Source of the DNA: Chiloscyllium plagiosum
Taxonomy: Eukaryota
DNA length: 21,168 nt
Assembly: GCF_004010195.1 (NCBI RefSeq)
Contig: NC_057718.1
Location: forward strand, 73,903,931 to 73,925,098
Direction of reading: 5' to 3'
How positions within the stretch are numbered: position 1 is the stretch's first letter; each line of letters begins with the position of its first letter. The position numbers and the translations under genes were made by a program. Of the stretch, positions 1-9,804 are shown in pieces. The notes beneath the pieces were generated by a model that saw only the letters and a program-made list of their open reading frames with translations, was not told the origin of the DNA and did not search any database.

Positions 1-1007
1 CAGTAAGAGGACGGTTTCAAGTTGGAAGGTTGGATCAGGGTTAAGGTGGGGGGAGGGGAAACTGGTGAAATCCACATTCATCCTGTGTGGATGGAGGGTC
101 CCAGGTGGAAGATGAGGCATTTTTCCTTGAGGTGTCGGATGGCTAGAGTTTGGAGAAGATGTGCTGGAAGGCATTGCTGACCATGAGGGAGGGGAAATTG
201 TGGTCGTTGAAGAAGGAGGTCAACTGGAATGTTCTTTGGTGGAATTGGTCCTCCTGAGAGCAGATGTGGCAGAGGTGGAGAAATTGGAAATAAGGGATAG
301 CATTTTGACAGGAGGCAGGGTGGGAGGAGGTGTAGTCCAAGTAACTGTGGGAGTCGGTGGGTTTGTAGTAGATGTTTGTGTTAAGTCGGTTGCTGGAAAT
401 GGAGACAGAGAGGTCCAGGAAAGGGAGGGAAGTGTCAGAGATGGCTCAGGTGAACTTGAGGTTTGGGTAGAAGGTGTTTGTGAAGTTGAACTGTTCAACC
501 ACGTGGGAGCATGAGGTGGCACCGATAGTCACCGATGTAGTGGATGAAAAGGTGGGGAATGGTGCCTGCGTAGCTGCGGACGATGGACTGTTCCATGTAC
601 CTGACGAAGCGGCAGACATAGCTGGGGCCCATGCGGGTGCCCATGGCTACCTCTTTGCCTGAAGGAAGTGGGAGGATTTGAATGAGAAATTGTTAGGGGT
701 GAGGACCACTTCAGCCAATCAAATGAGTGTGTCAGTGGAAGGGTACTGGTTGGGTTTGTGAGAGAGGAAGAAACGGAAGGCTTGGAGGCCTTTGTCACGG
801 TGGATGGATGTGTACAGGGACTGGATGTCCATGGTGAAGATGAGGTTTTGGGGGCTGGGGAAAGTCATGGAGGAGGTGGAGGGTGTGGGTGGTGTCCCAA
901 ATGTATCTGGGGAGTTCCTGGACCAAAGAGAACAGGACAGTGTCGATGTATGCAGAAGTAAGTTGGGTGGGGCAGGAGATGGCTGAGACGATGGATCGAC
1001 TGAAGCA

Positions 1008-1214
1008 GAGCTGAAAATGTGTAGCTGGAAAAGTGCAGCAGGTCAGGTAGCATCCAAGGAGCAGGAGAATCGACATTTCGGGCATGAGCCCTTCTTCAGG
1101 GCTCGTGCCCGAAATGTCGATTCTCCTGCTCCTTGGATGCTGCCTGACCTGTGCTTTTCCAGCAACACATTTTCAGCTCTGATCTCCAGCATCTGCAGTC
1201 CTCACTTTCTCCTA
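1008..1214. mobile_element. 207-bp palindromic PLE pseudo-LTR mini-element with 14-bp TSD
   Basis: Arms ~1008-1092 and 1098-1180 are reverse complements, followed by an unpaired 34-nt tail (1181-1214). The exact direct repeat gatcgactgaagca flanks it at 994-1007 and 1215-1228. Confidence 0.9.
1072..1099 (-). ncRNA. Minimal type I hammerhead ribozyme motif (PLE type)
   Basis: Minus strand reads CUGAAGA-A-GGGC-UCAU-GCCC-GAAA-UGUC: both core boxes, a 4-bp stem II and a GUC triplet. The 5' strand of stem I is replaced by the inversion junction. Confidence 0.65.
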
Positions 1215-2344
1215 GATCGACTGAAGCAATCAGGTTTGTGAATGTTGGTAGGAGGTAGAACTGGGTGGTGCGGGGTTCCTGGATTATGAGGTTGGAGGCT
1301 GTTCTGGGAGATCCCTTGAGGTGACGAAGTTGTGGATGGTCTGAGAAATTATGGTTTGGTGATGGGAGGTGAGGGGACAGTAGGAAGTTGGTGCCTAGCT
1401 TCAGTGGTGTTGAGGTTGGTGCGCCAAACCACCACTGCACCCCCCCCCCCGGTCTGCTGAATTGATGGAGTTTGGGGTTGGAGCGGAGGGCTGTGTGTTG
1501 CCATGGTGAGAGGTTGGAGTGGGTGAGAGAAGTTGAGGTGGTCAATGTCATGGTGGTAGTTGGAAATGAAGAGATCGAGGGTGGGTAACAGACCAACATG
1601 GGGTGTCCAGGTAGATGCGGTGTGTTGGAGGCGGAAGAGGGAGTCCTTGGAGGGTGGGTGGGAGTCTTGATGGAAAAAGTCTGCATGGAGGTGGAGGCGA
1701 CGGAAGAAAAGTTCAGTGTCGAACGTGTGTTGAATTCATTGATCCAGGATCTGCTGGGAAGTGTGGCAGCATGGTTAATGTTAGGTTCTTTTTCTTGAGA
1801 TTCTTACACCCTTGATGCAACTTCTGTGAACAACCAAAATTTTATTAAGCAAGTACAAGCTTTCCAGAGGAACCCTTAATACACTTTGCAGAGCTTTCTG
1901 AGCCGTGTCAAAGATTTTTCTGAATAAAAGAAACAGTCCTTCCTTTATACAGTACAAGAGTTTCCCACTGCAGTCAGTAACGCCCACAAGACGACCCAGC
2001 CATTCCCCCACAGTCACGTGCCACTTAAGACACAATGTAGTGTTCACATCATTTCCAGAAACAATGTAATGTAAATCATCCCCAGATGACTGGATCTGTT
2101 GTGAATCTTTTTTTAACTGAAGGATATGGTCAGAATTTTAATTGCAGTATTGTTATTGATTCTGAGTAGGTGATGATAATGTAATTTCTTTTACTCTGAA
2201 TAACTAGCAAATGTCCATACAAATGGCTCTGAACAACAAGAGATGGGAATGTAAATTCCTTAGTCTCCCTGTGAGACAGAGATGTACCACTCTACCCACA
2301 ATTTCCTTCAGGTCAACAGAGCAAATTAACCCTTTAATATCTCA

Positions 2345-2600
2345 TTTAGCATTGCTGCCTCACAGCTCCAGGGCCCTGCCCATTTCTGCATGGGTTTCCT
2401 CCAGGAGTTCCGGTTTCCTCCCACAATCCAAAGATATGCAAGTCAGGTGAATTGGCCATGCTAAATTGCCCATAGTGTTCAGGGATGTGTAGGTTATATG
2501 CATTAGTCAGGGGTAAATTGAGGAAAATAGAGTAGGGGAATGAATCTGGGTGGCTTACTCTTCGGAGGACCGGTGTGGACTGTTTCCACACTGTAGAGAT
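2345..2600 (+). mobile_element. HE1-like tRNA-derived V-SINE (head partly deleted)
   Basis: ttagcattgctgcctcacagc head remnant; V-domain-like tccggtttcctcccacaatccaaagat...ggtgaattggccatgctaaattgccc; CR1-like tail ctgtttccacactgtag. Confidence 0.8.
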
Positions 2601-2605
2601 GATAT

Positions 2606-3502
2606 GAGTCGGGTGGGGTGGGGTGGGGTCGGGGCAGGCAAATATCGATGGGGGGTGGTGACAGGAATGGAGAGTACAGGGGAGATGTGGAAACAGGGAA
2701 GTGGACCAGTGGGGACAAGACCAAGGGGACAGGGTTCAGAGGAGTGATTAAAGGATTAAGGGGAAATTGAGTGAAGGGACCCATGGATGATAATGGGGGA
2801 AGCAGAAGGAGGGGAACCAGAGAATGGAGAGGGAAGGTCGGATGTGGAGGGTAAATGGACTGGAGGAGTGAAGGGAGATAAGATGAGGGAGACTGGGACC
2901 GGGCCAGGGGAACGATCAGGCAAGCTGGGCAGGGTCAGGGGGATGACCGGGCTAGTGGCAGCAGAGGGCAAAGAGGCTGACTGGGATCAGGCTGACGGGC
3001 AGGGCCAAGGGGAAGACTGGGACTGGACTGACGGGGGTGGTTGTTTTTGGGAGATGGGTGGGTGGAGGNNNNNNNNNNNNNNNNNNNNNNNNNNNNNNNN
3101 NNNNNNNNNNNNNNNNNNNNNNNNNNNNNNNNNNNNNNNNNNNNNNNNNNNNNNNNNNNNNNNNNNNNNNNNNNNNNNNNNNNNNNNNNNNNNNNNNNNN
3201 NNNNNNNNNNNNNNNNNNNNNNNNNNNNNNNNNNNNNNNNNNGGTGCTGGAGGTTGGGGGACTGAGGCAGTGAGGGACGAGGGGGATCAGATTGGTGGGG
3301 AAGTAGGGGCACCAAGACTGGGGCAGTAGGGGGGCCTGGGTGGGGGAGGCTGTAGAAGAATGCTGAAGATGCGTGAAGATGGTCCCCGGGAAGGGGAATG
3401 GGTGAAGTAGAGAGTAGTCAGGGGCATGTGTAGTGGGACGAAGAGAGGAGGAAATGGCTCTGTTGGGCTGGGGGCGAAGAGCCCTATGGCAGGGGGAACA
3501 GG
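2606..3502. repeat. G/purine-rich low-complexity tract spanning an assembly gap
   Basis: Strong G excess and C depletion on the + strand with many GGG/GGGG runs; no convincing ORF. Confidence 0.75.
3069..3242. other. Assembly gap (174 N)
   Basis: Run of N from 3069 to 3242. Confidence 1.
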
Positions 3503-4682
3503 AACATAGAAACATAGATAGGAGCAGGAATAGGCCATTCATCGTGATCATGGCCGATTGTCCAGCTCAATAACCTAATCCTGCTTTCTTCCCATAACCT
3601 TTGATCCTATTTGCCCAAGTGCTAAGTCTAGCTGCCTCTAGAATACAGTCAATGTTTAGGCATCAACTACTTCCTGTGGTATGAATTCCATAGGCTCACC
3701 ACTGTTTGGGTGAAAAAATACCTCCTCTTCTCTGTTCTAAATGGTCCACTCCAAATTCTCAGACTGTGGTCCCTAGTTCTGGACACACTCACCATCAGGA
3801 ATATCCTCACTGCATCTACCCTGTCTAGTCTTGTTAGACTTTTATAAGTCTATTTGGGATTCCCCCCCTCATTTGTCTGAACTCCAGTAAAAACAGTCCT
3901 AACTTCGTCACTCTCTCCTCATACGTAAACCTTCGCTGCACTCCCTCGAGAGCGAGAGCATCCTTCTTCAGAAAAGGAGACCAAAATTGCAGACAGTATG
4001 CTAGGTGTGGCCTCTGTATAACTGCAACAACATATCTCCGCTCCTGTACTCGAAACCTCTCACAATAAAGGCCACCATACTATTTTGCCTCCTTTACTGC
4101 TTGATGCACCTGCATGCCTTTCTTCAGCGACTGGTGCACAAGAACACCCGGTCCTGCTGCACATTCCCCTCTCCCAATTTATAGCCTTTCAGGTAGTAAT
4201 CTGCCTCCTTGTTTTTGCTTCCAAAGTGGATAACCTTGTATTTATCCAAATTGTACCACATCTGCCATTGATTTGTCCATTCACCCAATCTGACCAGATC
4301 ATACTAAAGGGCCTCTGCATCCTTGTCACAGTTCATCATCCCACCCAACTTGGCATCATCTGCAGTCTTTGAGATATTGCACTTTGTTCCCTCATCCAAA
4401 TCATTAATATATATTATGAATAGCTGGGGTCATAGCACCGATCCCTGTGGCACTCGACTAGTTACTGCATGCCAATTTGAAACGGATTCATTAATTCCTA
4501 CTTCTTGTTTCCTCTCTACCAATCAATTTTCTGTCCATCTCAGTACACTTCCTGCAGTCCCATTTGCTTTAATCTTGCATAATAATCTCTTAGATGGGAC
4601 TTTGTCGAATGCCTACTGAAAGTCCAAATATACCACAAAAACTGGCTCCCCCTTGTCAACTCTACTAGTGAAATCTTCATGG
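3503..4682 (-). mobile_element. 5'-truncated CR1-clade LINE (RT to 3' end), decayed
   Basis: The 3' microsatellite tail reads aacatagaaacatag on + at ~3503. Minus-strand RT remnants include SKTADDAKLGG (~4345-4372), a GVPQGSVL-like segment (~4430-4455) and a LDFQ.AFDKVP-like segment (~4595-4630). Confidence 0.85.
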
Positions 4683-4880
4683 ATTTAGGTGATGGGAAGT
4701 GGGGATGGGTTGAGAGGATGGAGCAAGTCGATATGAGGGGATGTGAAATGGGTGGCAATTGATTTGGATGATGGGAGAGTTAGATTAGGGAATAGGTTGT
4801 GGTGTGGGATTGGGATAACAGAATGGGATATGTGGAGATATGGTAACTGATGGGATGTGCTTTGGGGATGCAATAGCATT
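4683..4880. repeat. G/T-rich low-complexity tract (continues the G-rich region beyond the CR1)
   Basis: Repeated gggat/gatgg-like words, C-poor; similar sequence recurs at ~5345-5680. Confidence 0.6.
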
Positions 4881-4916
4881 TAGGATGTAAGTAATATAGG
4901 TAAATATATATTCACT

Positions 4917-5004
4917 ATAGATGTTACCTGAAGATGTTATCTAGCATAGTGACAAAACATCTGAAAATGAACCTTGCAGCTCAGTGAGCAAACCCACATC
5001 CAAA
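4917..5004 (+). mobile_element. ~88-bp solo PLE terminal fragment with a degenerate hammerhead
   Basis: ctgaaga-t-gttatctagcatagtgac-aaaacatc (4928-4961) resembles the 5761-5800 motif with GAAA changed to AAAA. Possible TSD atatattcact (4906-4916) / atatatttact (5005-5015). Confidence 0.6.
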
Positions 5005-5049
5005 ATATATTTACTGTTTCCTGTTTTGTGTAATCCGCAATGAACCCGT

Positions 5050-5247
5050 TACAGTCAGTTCTTCTGGAATGCGATAGTAGCGTTCCTGCATGACCCGCGC
5101 AATGCAACTAACACTTGGTGTTGGCGATGCAATTACGTTATACCCAACATGCATTGTAAAAGTTTGCACTTTACAAACTATTCACCTCATGGCGTTACAG
5201 CCAATTTGCCTTAAAGAAAGACACATTTATAGCTGAACTGTTTTGTA
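5050..5247. mobile_element. Degenerate Tc1/mariner-pogo (Tigger-like) MITE
   Basis: Starts TA-CAGTCAGTTCTTC and ends GCTGAACTGTTTTG-TA, giving imperfect terminal inverted repeats bounded by TA; ~200 bp and non-coding. Confidence 0.5.
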
Positions 5248-5685
5248 TCACAGTATTATTGTTTTATATGTAGTGGCTGTATATCACAGTTGGTATCAGT
5301 GTAATATAGAATAATTATATAATTTCACGGTACTGGAAAAAAAATTGGAATGCTTGGATGTGAGTTGGTAACCGCATAGGTAATGAAATGAGATTGTAGA
5401 TAGATTGAGGTCAGGAGATGGGGTTGTTGGATATGAGCTGGTTAGGCATTGGGTTGGGATCTTGTTTGAGAGGTGAAAGGATCGAGGTGGGAGAAAATGG
5501 ATGTGGGTCGGACCTGTAGGAAGAGGGATATGGGGAAAGTTTATGGGTCATTATGGTTTAGGAATGGGAGGGTACAAGGAAGAGGTAGAGTAGATAAGAG
5601 GGATGGGAAGAAGATAGGGAAGTGGTAGAGGTTGAGGCAGAGCTGAGGTGAGAGAAAAGGGTGAGAAGTGGTTAGCACAGTGGTT

Positions 5686-5900
5686 TGAAAATCTGTGAGA
5701 AGATTTGTAGCTCGGGTGCTCGTTGTTGTGGTTCTGTTCACCGAGCTGGGAATTTGTGTTGCAGATGTTTCGTCTCCTGTCTAGGTGACATCCTCAGTGC
5801 TTGGGAGCCTCCTGTGAAGCGCTTCTGTGATCTTTCCTCCAGCATTTGTAGTGGTTTGAATCTGCCGCTTCTGGTTGTCAGTTCCAGCTGTCAGTTGCAG
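5686..5900 (-). mobile_element. PLE 3'-terminal fragment (second PLE family) containing a hammerhead
   Basis: Contains the 5761-5800 motif, followed on the minus strand by ...cccagctcggtgaacagaacc...cccgagctacaaatcttctc, which is related to the 4917-5004 fragment. Confidence 0.7.
5761..5800 (-). ncRNA. Minimal type I hammerhead ribozyme motif
   Basis: Minus strand reads GCA-CUGAGGA-U-GUC-A-CCU-AGAC-AGG-A-GAC-GAAA-CAUC-UGC: stem I GCA/UGC, stem II GUC/GAC plus CCU/AGG, both core boxes and an AUC triplet (probably CpG-decayed GUC). Confidence 0.78.
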
Positions 5901-5919
5901 TACTGCTTCACCAATGTGT

Positions 5920-6070
5920 TTTTTATTCATCTGTGAGACAAGGGCATCATTGGCTGGCCAGCATTTATTGCCCATTCCCAGTTGTTGAGAAAGTGGTGGT
6001 GGGCTTTCTTCTTGACCTGCTACAATCCATGGACTGCAAATAGACCCATGCCTTAAAATTGGAATGTCCA
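5920..6070 (-). mobile_element. LINE (CR1/L2 group) 3'-end fragment sharing its tail with the Deu-SINE-like element
   Basis: Minus strand reads ccaccactttctcaacaactgggaatgggcaataaatgctggccagccaatgatgccc; the same tail occurs at ~16765-16820. Confidence 0.6.
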
Positions 6071-6282
6071 TATCTGGGTGGGAATGTCAGGTAAAGTCAG
6101 AATGGTGAACTGTGTGTAGTGTGTGCTTTGAGTGTTTTTGTTTATAGTAGAACTTCTAAGTCTTAAATACAAGTCTTAAAGCCATTTTAAAATTCTGTAA
6201 TTAATTAGAAGTTATGCATACATAAACCTAGTAAAGTTTGAATGCAAGCGATTACTGTGATATCACTCTGTTTTACCTAAAG

Positions 6283-6403
6283 GTATCTACACATTCTTAT
6301 GATGTTCTGGTCATTCCTTGCTGGAGTTGTGACTTTCTATTGTTCACTTGGACCTGACTCACTTTTGCCCAATATTCTCTTCCATACTGAGCGAAAACCA
6401 AAG
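6283..6403 (+). CDS. SNX14: Sorting nexin 14 internal coding exon (121 bp; hydrophobic N-terminal transmembrane segment; probably exon 2)
   Basis: Acceptor ttttacctaaag| at 6282 and donor |gtaaat at 6404. After one leading base it translates [40 protein letters not shown], matching recalled human SNX14 [40 protein letters not shown]. Ends on a codon boundary. Confidence 0.96.
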
Positions 6404-6790
6404 GTAAATCTGAATTATCTTATTCAAGAATAATTGATAACTTGTCATTTTCTAAGTAATACAGGCGAATGTATATTCACCATCTTTCCTGTGTTCGTGC
6501 AATCTACGATGTAACCATTGTATAATTTCCCAGTTATTGTATCATATCACAGTGCCGTTGTTATATGTAGTGTCCTGTCTATTGCAGCTGGTATCAGTGT
6601 AATATTGAATGGTTATATAATTTCACAGATTATTTGACACCAGTCAAAATGTTGGAATCTATTGTTAAAGAAAAATATGCTAGATTGGATGGCCAATGTG
6701 GTTTTAGGAAAGGCAAAGCATGTTTAACAAATTTATTAAAAACTGAAAGAACGGTGGATGCTTTAAATCAGAAATAAAAACAGAAGTTGC

Positions 6791-9265
6791 TGAGCCTTCT
6801 GTTTTAGGAAAGGTTTTGGAAAGGATTATAAGAGATAAGATTTATAATCATCTACAAGCAACAGTTTGATTTCCGATAGTCAACATGGTTTCGTCAAGGG
6901 TAGGTCGTGTCTCACAAATCGAGTTTTTTGAGAAGGTGACCAAGCATGTAGATGAGGGCAGGGCAGTTGACGTGGTATACATGGACTTCAGTAAAGCCTT
7001 TGATAAGGTTCCACACAGTAGACTGTTGGAGAAAATGCAGAAGCATGGAATTGAGGGTGATTTCGCAGTTTGGATTAGAAACTGGCTTTCTCATAGCGAG
7101 CAGGGTAGACGTCCGGTACGTGGCCACTGCCATCCGACGCCTTAAAACAGTGGTGCTTGGACCCGGCGTAATGCATCAGTTGGAGGATTTTCAGGTGTGC
7201 GGTGGAATCCCATCTGCGCTCACCCCTGCCCGGACGGAATTTCACATTGGCCCCAAGATCCCGTATTTCCCCCAGGAACCTGTGCCCCACAACCTGAGCC
7301 GCCTCTGGAATTTTAGTTTTGTCCCCTTTAAGGACATAAAACAGTGGGCCCTGTATTGACTGCTGCTGCACATCGTCCACCTCTTCTCCCTCATCTACTG
7401 CCCGGATACCCCTTGACGTGCCCATTTGCCACCGGACAATGGGGATCCCCAGTGGCGGGCTCTCTATGCAGGAGTCCTCCCCCTTTCTCTCGGGGATCTG
7501 TGGTGGAGGGTGCTGCACGCAGCGGTCCCCTGCAACCGCAGATTGTGGTGGTTCACGGATTCCCAGCCCAACTGCTTGTTCTGTGGTGCTGTGGAGTCGG
7601 TGGACCATGTATATATCGGGTGTGGGTGCTAGCACTCTTTTTTTTGATTTACTCAAAAACCACCTCCTCTGTTTTTGGTTCACGCTCCTGATCTTTGGAC
7701 ACCCAGTACAGAGGGGGAGGGCAGGTCTGAAGACGACCTCGTGGGTATGCTCTTGGGCCTGGCCAAACTGGCCATAAACAGGTCGAGGCAGTGGGCCGTG
7801 GAGGGGGGTCGTTAGGGCCGATTGCCTGCCCCTCTTCCGCGGTTATGTTAGAGCCTGGGTGTCTCTGGAAAAGGAGCACGCGGTGTCCATCAACACCCTG
7901 GAGTTGTTCAGGGAGAGGTGGGCGCCGCAGGGAATGGAGTGTATTATTTCCCCCTCCAACTCTCTTTTGATTTAATCCCTGCCCTTCACTGTTTGATCGG
8001 ACAGCACTGCCCTTTGATGTGAAGGGCACTGCTTGTCACTGGCCACTTGGGTGTTTTCCTATCTTCCTGGTGGTGGAAATTGAATAAAGATTCGTGCACC
8101 TTGTGTCTTTCACTGTGTCTCACACCTGCACACACACACCATGGGTGCTGGGGACAAAATAAGCACTACTGCAGTTAGGTAGTAGTGTGGGGGTTTAAAA
8201 AAAAGAAAAAAAAAATAGAAACTGGCATTCTGAAAGAAGGCAGTGAGTGGTGGTTGATGGAAAATATTCAGCCTGGAGACCGGTCACTAGTGGTGTGCCA
8301 CAAGGATCTGTTTTGGGACCACTGCTGTTTGTCATTTTTATAAATGACTTAGACACAGGCATAAGTGGATGGATTAGTAAATTTGCAGATGACACTAAAG
8401 TTGGTGGAGTAGTAGACAGTTTGGAAGAATGTTACAGGTTGCAGGGGGACTTGGATAAACTGCAGAATTGGGCTGAGAGGTGGAAAATGGAGTTCAATGC
8501 AGCTAAATGTGAGGTGATGCACTTTGGGAAGAATAACAGGAAGGCAGAGTACTGGGTCAGTGGAAAGATTCTTGGTAGTGTGGTTGTGCAGAGGGATCTT
8601 GGAGTCCATGTACATAGACCCCTGACAGTTGCCACCCAGGTGGATTGTACGGTGTGTTAGGTTTCATTGGTAGAGGGATTGAGTTCCGGAGCCTCAATAT
8701 CATGCTGCAACTATACAAAACGCTGGTGCGGCCACACTTGGAATATTGTGTACAGTTCTGGTCCCCATATTTCGGGAATGATGTGGAAGCATTGAAAAAG
8801 GTGCAGAGGAGATTTACCAGGATGTTGCCTAGTCTGGAGGGAAGGTCTTATGAGGGAAGGCTGAGAGACTTGGATCTGTTCTCATTGGAAAGAAGGTGGG
8901 TAAGAGGGGATTTGATAGAGACATACAAGATGATCAGAGGATTAGCTAGGGTAGACAGTGAAAGTCTTTTTACTAGGATGATGACGTCAGCTTGTACGAG
9001 GGGGCATAACTATAAATTGAGGGGTGATAGATTTAAGACAGATGTCAGAGGAAAGTTCTTTACGCAGAGAATGGTAAGGTCGTGGAATGTCCTACCTGCT
9101 AATGTAGTCAACTCAGCCACATTAGGGAGATTTAAACAATCCTTAGATAAGCACATGGATGATTTTGGGATAGTGTAGGGGGATGAGCTGAGAATAGTTT
9201 GTAGGTTGGTGCAACATTGAGGTCCGAAGGGCCTGTTCTGCGTTGTATTATTCTATGTTCTATGT
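6791..9265 (+). mobile_element. Relatively young 5'-truncated CR1 LINE (RT domain to 3' tail), interrupted by Tx1 at 7092-8215
   Basis: Motifs QHGFVKGRSCLT, VYMDFSKAFDKVPH, SGVPQGSVLGPLLF, FADDTK and LYKTLVRPHLEYCVQFWSP (ORFs 6885, 8247, 8645); stop at 9178; tail ttctatgttctatg at 9251-9264. Confidence 0.95.
7092..8215 (+). mobile_element. 5'-truncated Tx1/L1-clade LINE (ORF2 C-terminus, 3' UTR, poly(A)) with 16-bp TSD
   Basis: GDLWWRVLHAAVPCNRRL and CCHC finger CLFCGAVESVDHVYIGC (zf-RVT type); LLGLAKLAINRSR..FRERW, stop ~7976; A-rich tail 8197-8215. TSD tagaaactggc(t/a)ttct at 7076-7091 and 8216-8231. Confidence 0.92.
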
Positions 9266-9804
9266 AAAAGCTCAGCAGGCCTGGCAGCATCTACGAAGAG
9301 AAGTCAGAGTTAATATTTTGCGTTCTGAGGAAGAGTTACTGAACTCCACGTTAACTCTGTATAGATGCTGCCAGACCTGCTGAGCTTTTCCAGCAACTTC
9401 TGTTTTAGTTAACAAACTTATTGATGTGTTTGGGGATAGATTTAGTAAGATAAAAGAAAGCTAACAGTTATATGTTTGAATTTCCAAAAATATATTCAGT
9501 CAGATGCCATGCAAAAGTGAGTATGCAACAATTGACTTTGTGGAATTGGGTGTAATATATTAGCATGGTTGGAGGATTGATCAATGGACAGAAAGAATGT
9601 AGAGATAATAAGGCTATGTGCAAGGTCTCAAATGCTTATTATCGATATGAATTACTATATGGGAGACATTGAGTGTAATGTATTCAAGTTTGGTGATACA
9701 AAGCTAGGTTGCTATGTTAACTCTAGGAATAACACTTATAGATAAGAGTAACAAGATGGAGTATCATGAAGAAATGAGGTTTATTCATTCTGGTCATCAG
9801 ACTA

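Larger units (their letters stand above)
1..1765 (-). mobile_element. Decayed Penelope-like retroelement (RT plus GIY-YIG C-terminus), internally deleted, interrupted at 1008-1214
   Basis: Minus-strand translations give PLE motifs: ADRGG..AVVVWRT (~1420-1460), GVAMGTRMGPSY (~620-655), DYTSSHPASCQNAIPYFQFLHLCHICS (ORF 143..340) and the endonuclease end CLIFHLGTLHPHRMNVDFTSF (~60-120). Many frameshifts. Confidence 0.88.
6738..9408. mobile_element. Palindromic PLE pseudo-LTR mini-element (6738-6792 plus 9266-9408) split by a CR1 insertion
   Basis: Removing 6793-9265 restores aaaacagaagttgctg|aaaagctcagcagg..., the reverse complement of ...cctgctgagcttttccagcaacttctgtttt (~9376-9406). A ~37-nt tail lies at 6738-6774. 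TSD ttaacaaatttatt (6724-6737) / ttaacaaacttatt (9409-9422). Degenerate CTGAGGA box at ~9325. Confidence 0.8.

Noticed and set aside
1008..1214. MITE or pre-miRNA interpretation of the palindromes
   Set aside because: The arms are PLE terminal sequence also found attached to GIY-YIG coding DNA (20798-21168); the one-sided tail and long TSD fit retrotransposition better.
2787..3551. Long ORFs (up to 199 aa) across the G-rich tract and gap
   Set aside because: They stay open only because of low complexity and Ns; no recognisable domain.
1..6282. The preceding SNX14 coding exon (..ICRQYP..LLLNR-like)
   Set aside because: No matching peptide seen by eye; it probably lies upstream of the window, though the N gap cannot be excluded.
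7075..7683. 202-aa minus-strand ORF
   Set aside because: Antisense shadow of the GC-rich Tx1 ORF2 fragment.
8164..8196. Helitron 3' hairpin or intrinsic terminator
   Set aside because: No CTRR end; it precedes a poly(A) tail and TSD of a LINE insertion.
8247..9178. RT ORFs as a functional reverse transcriptase or retron-like gene
   Set aside because: These belong to a 5'-truncated, interrupted CR1 copy with a frameshifting deletion near 8646 and no endonuclease domain.
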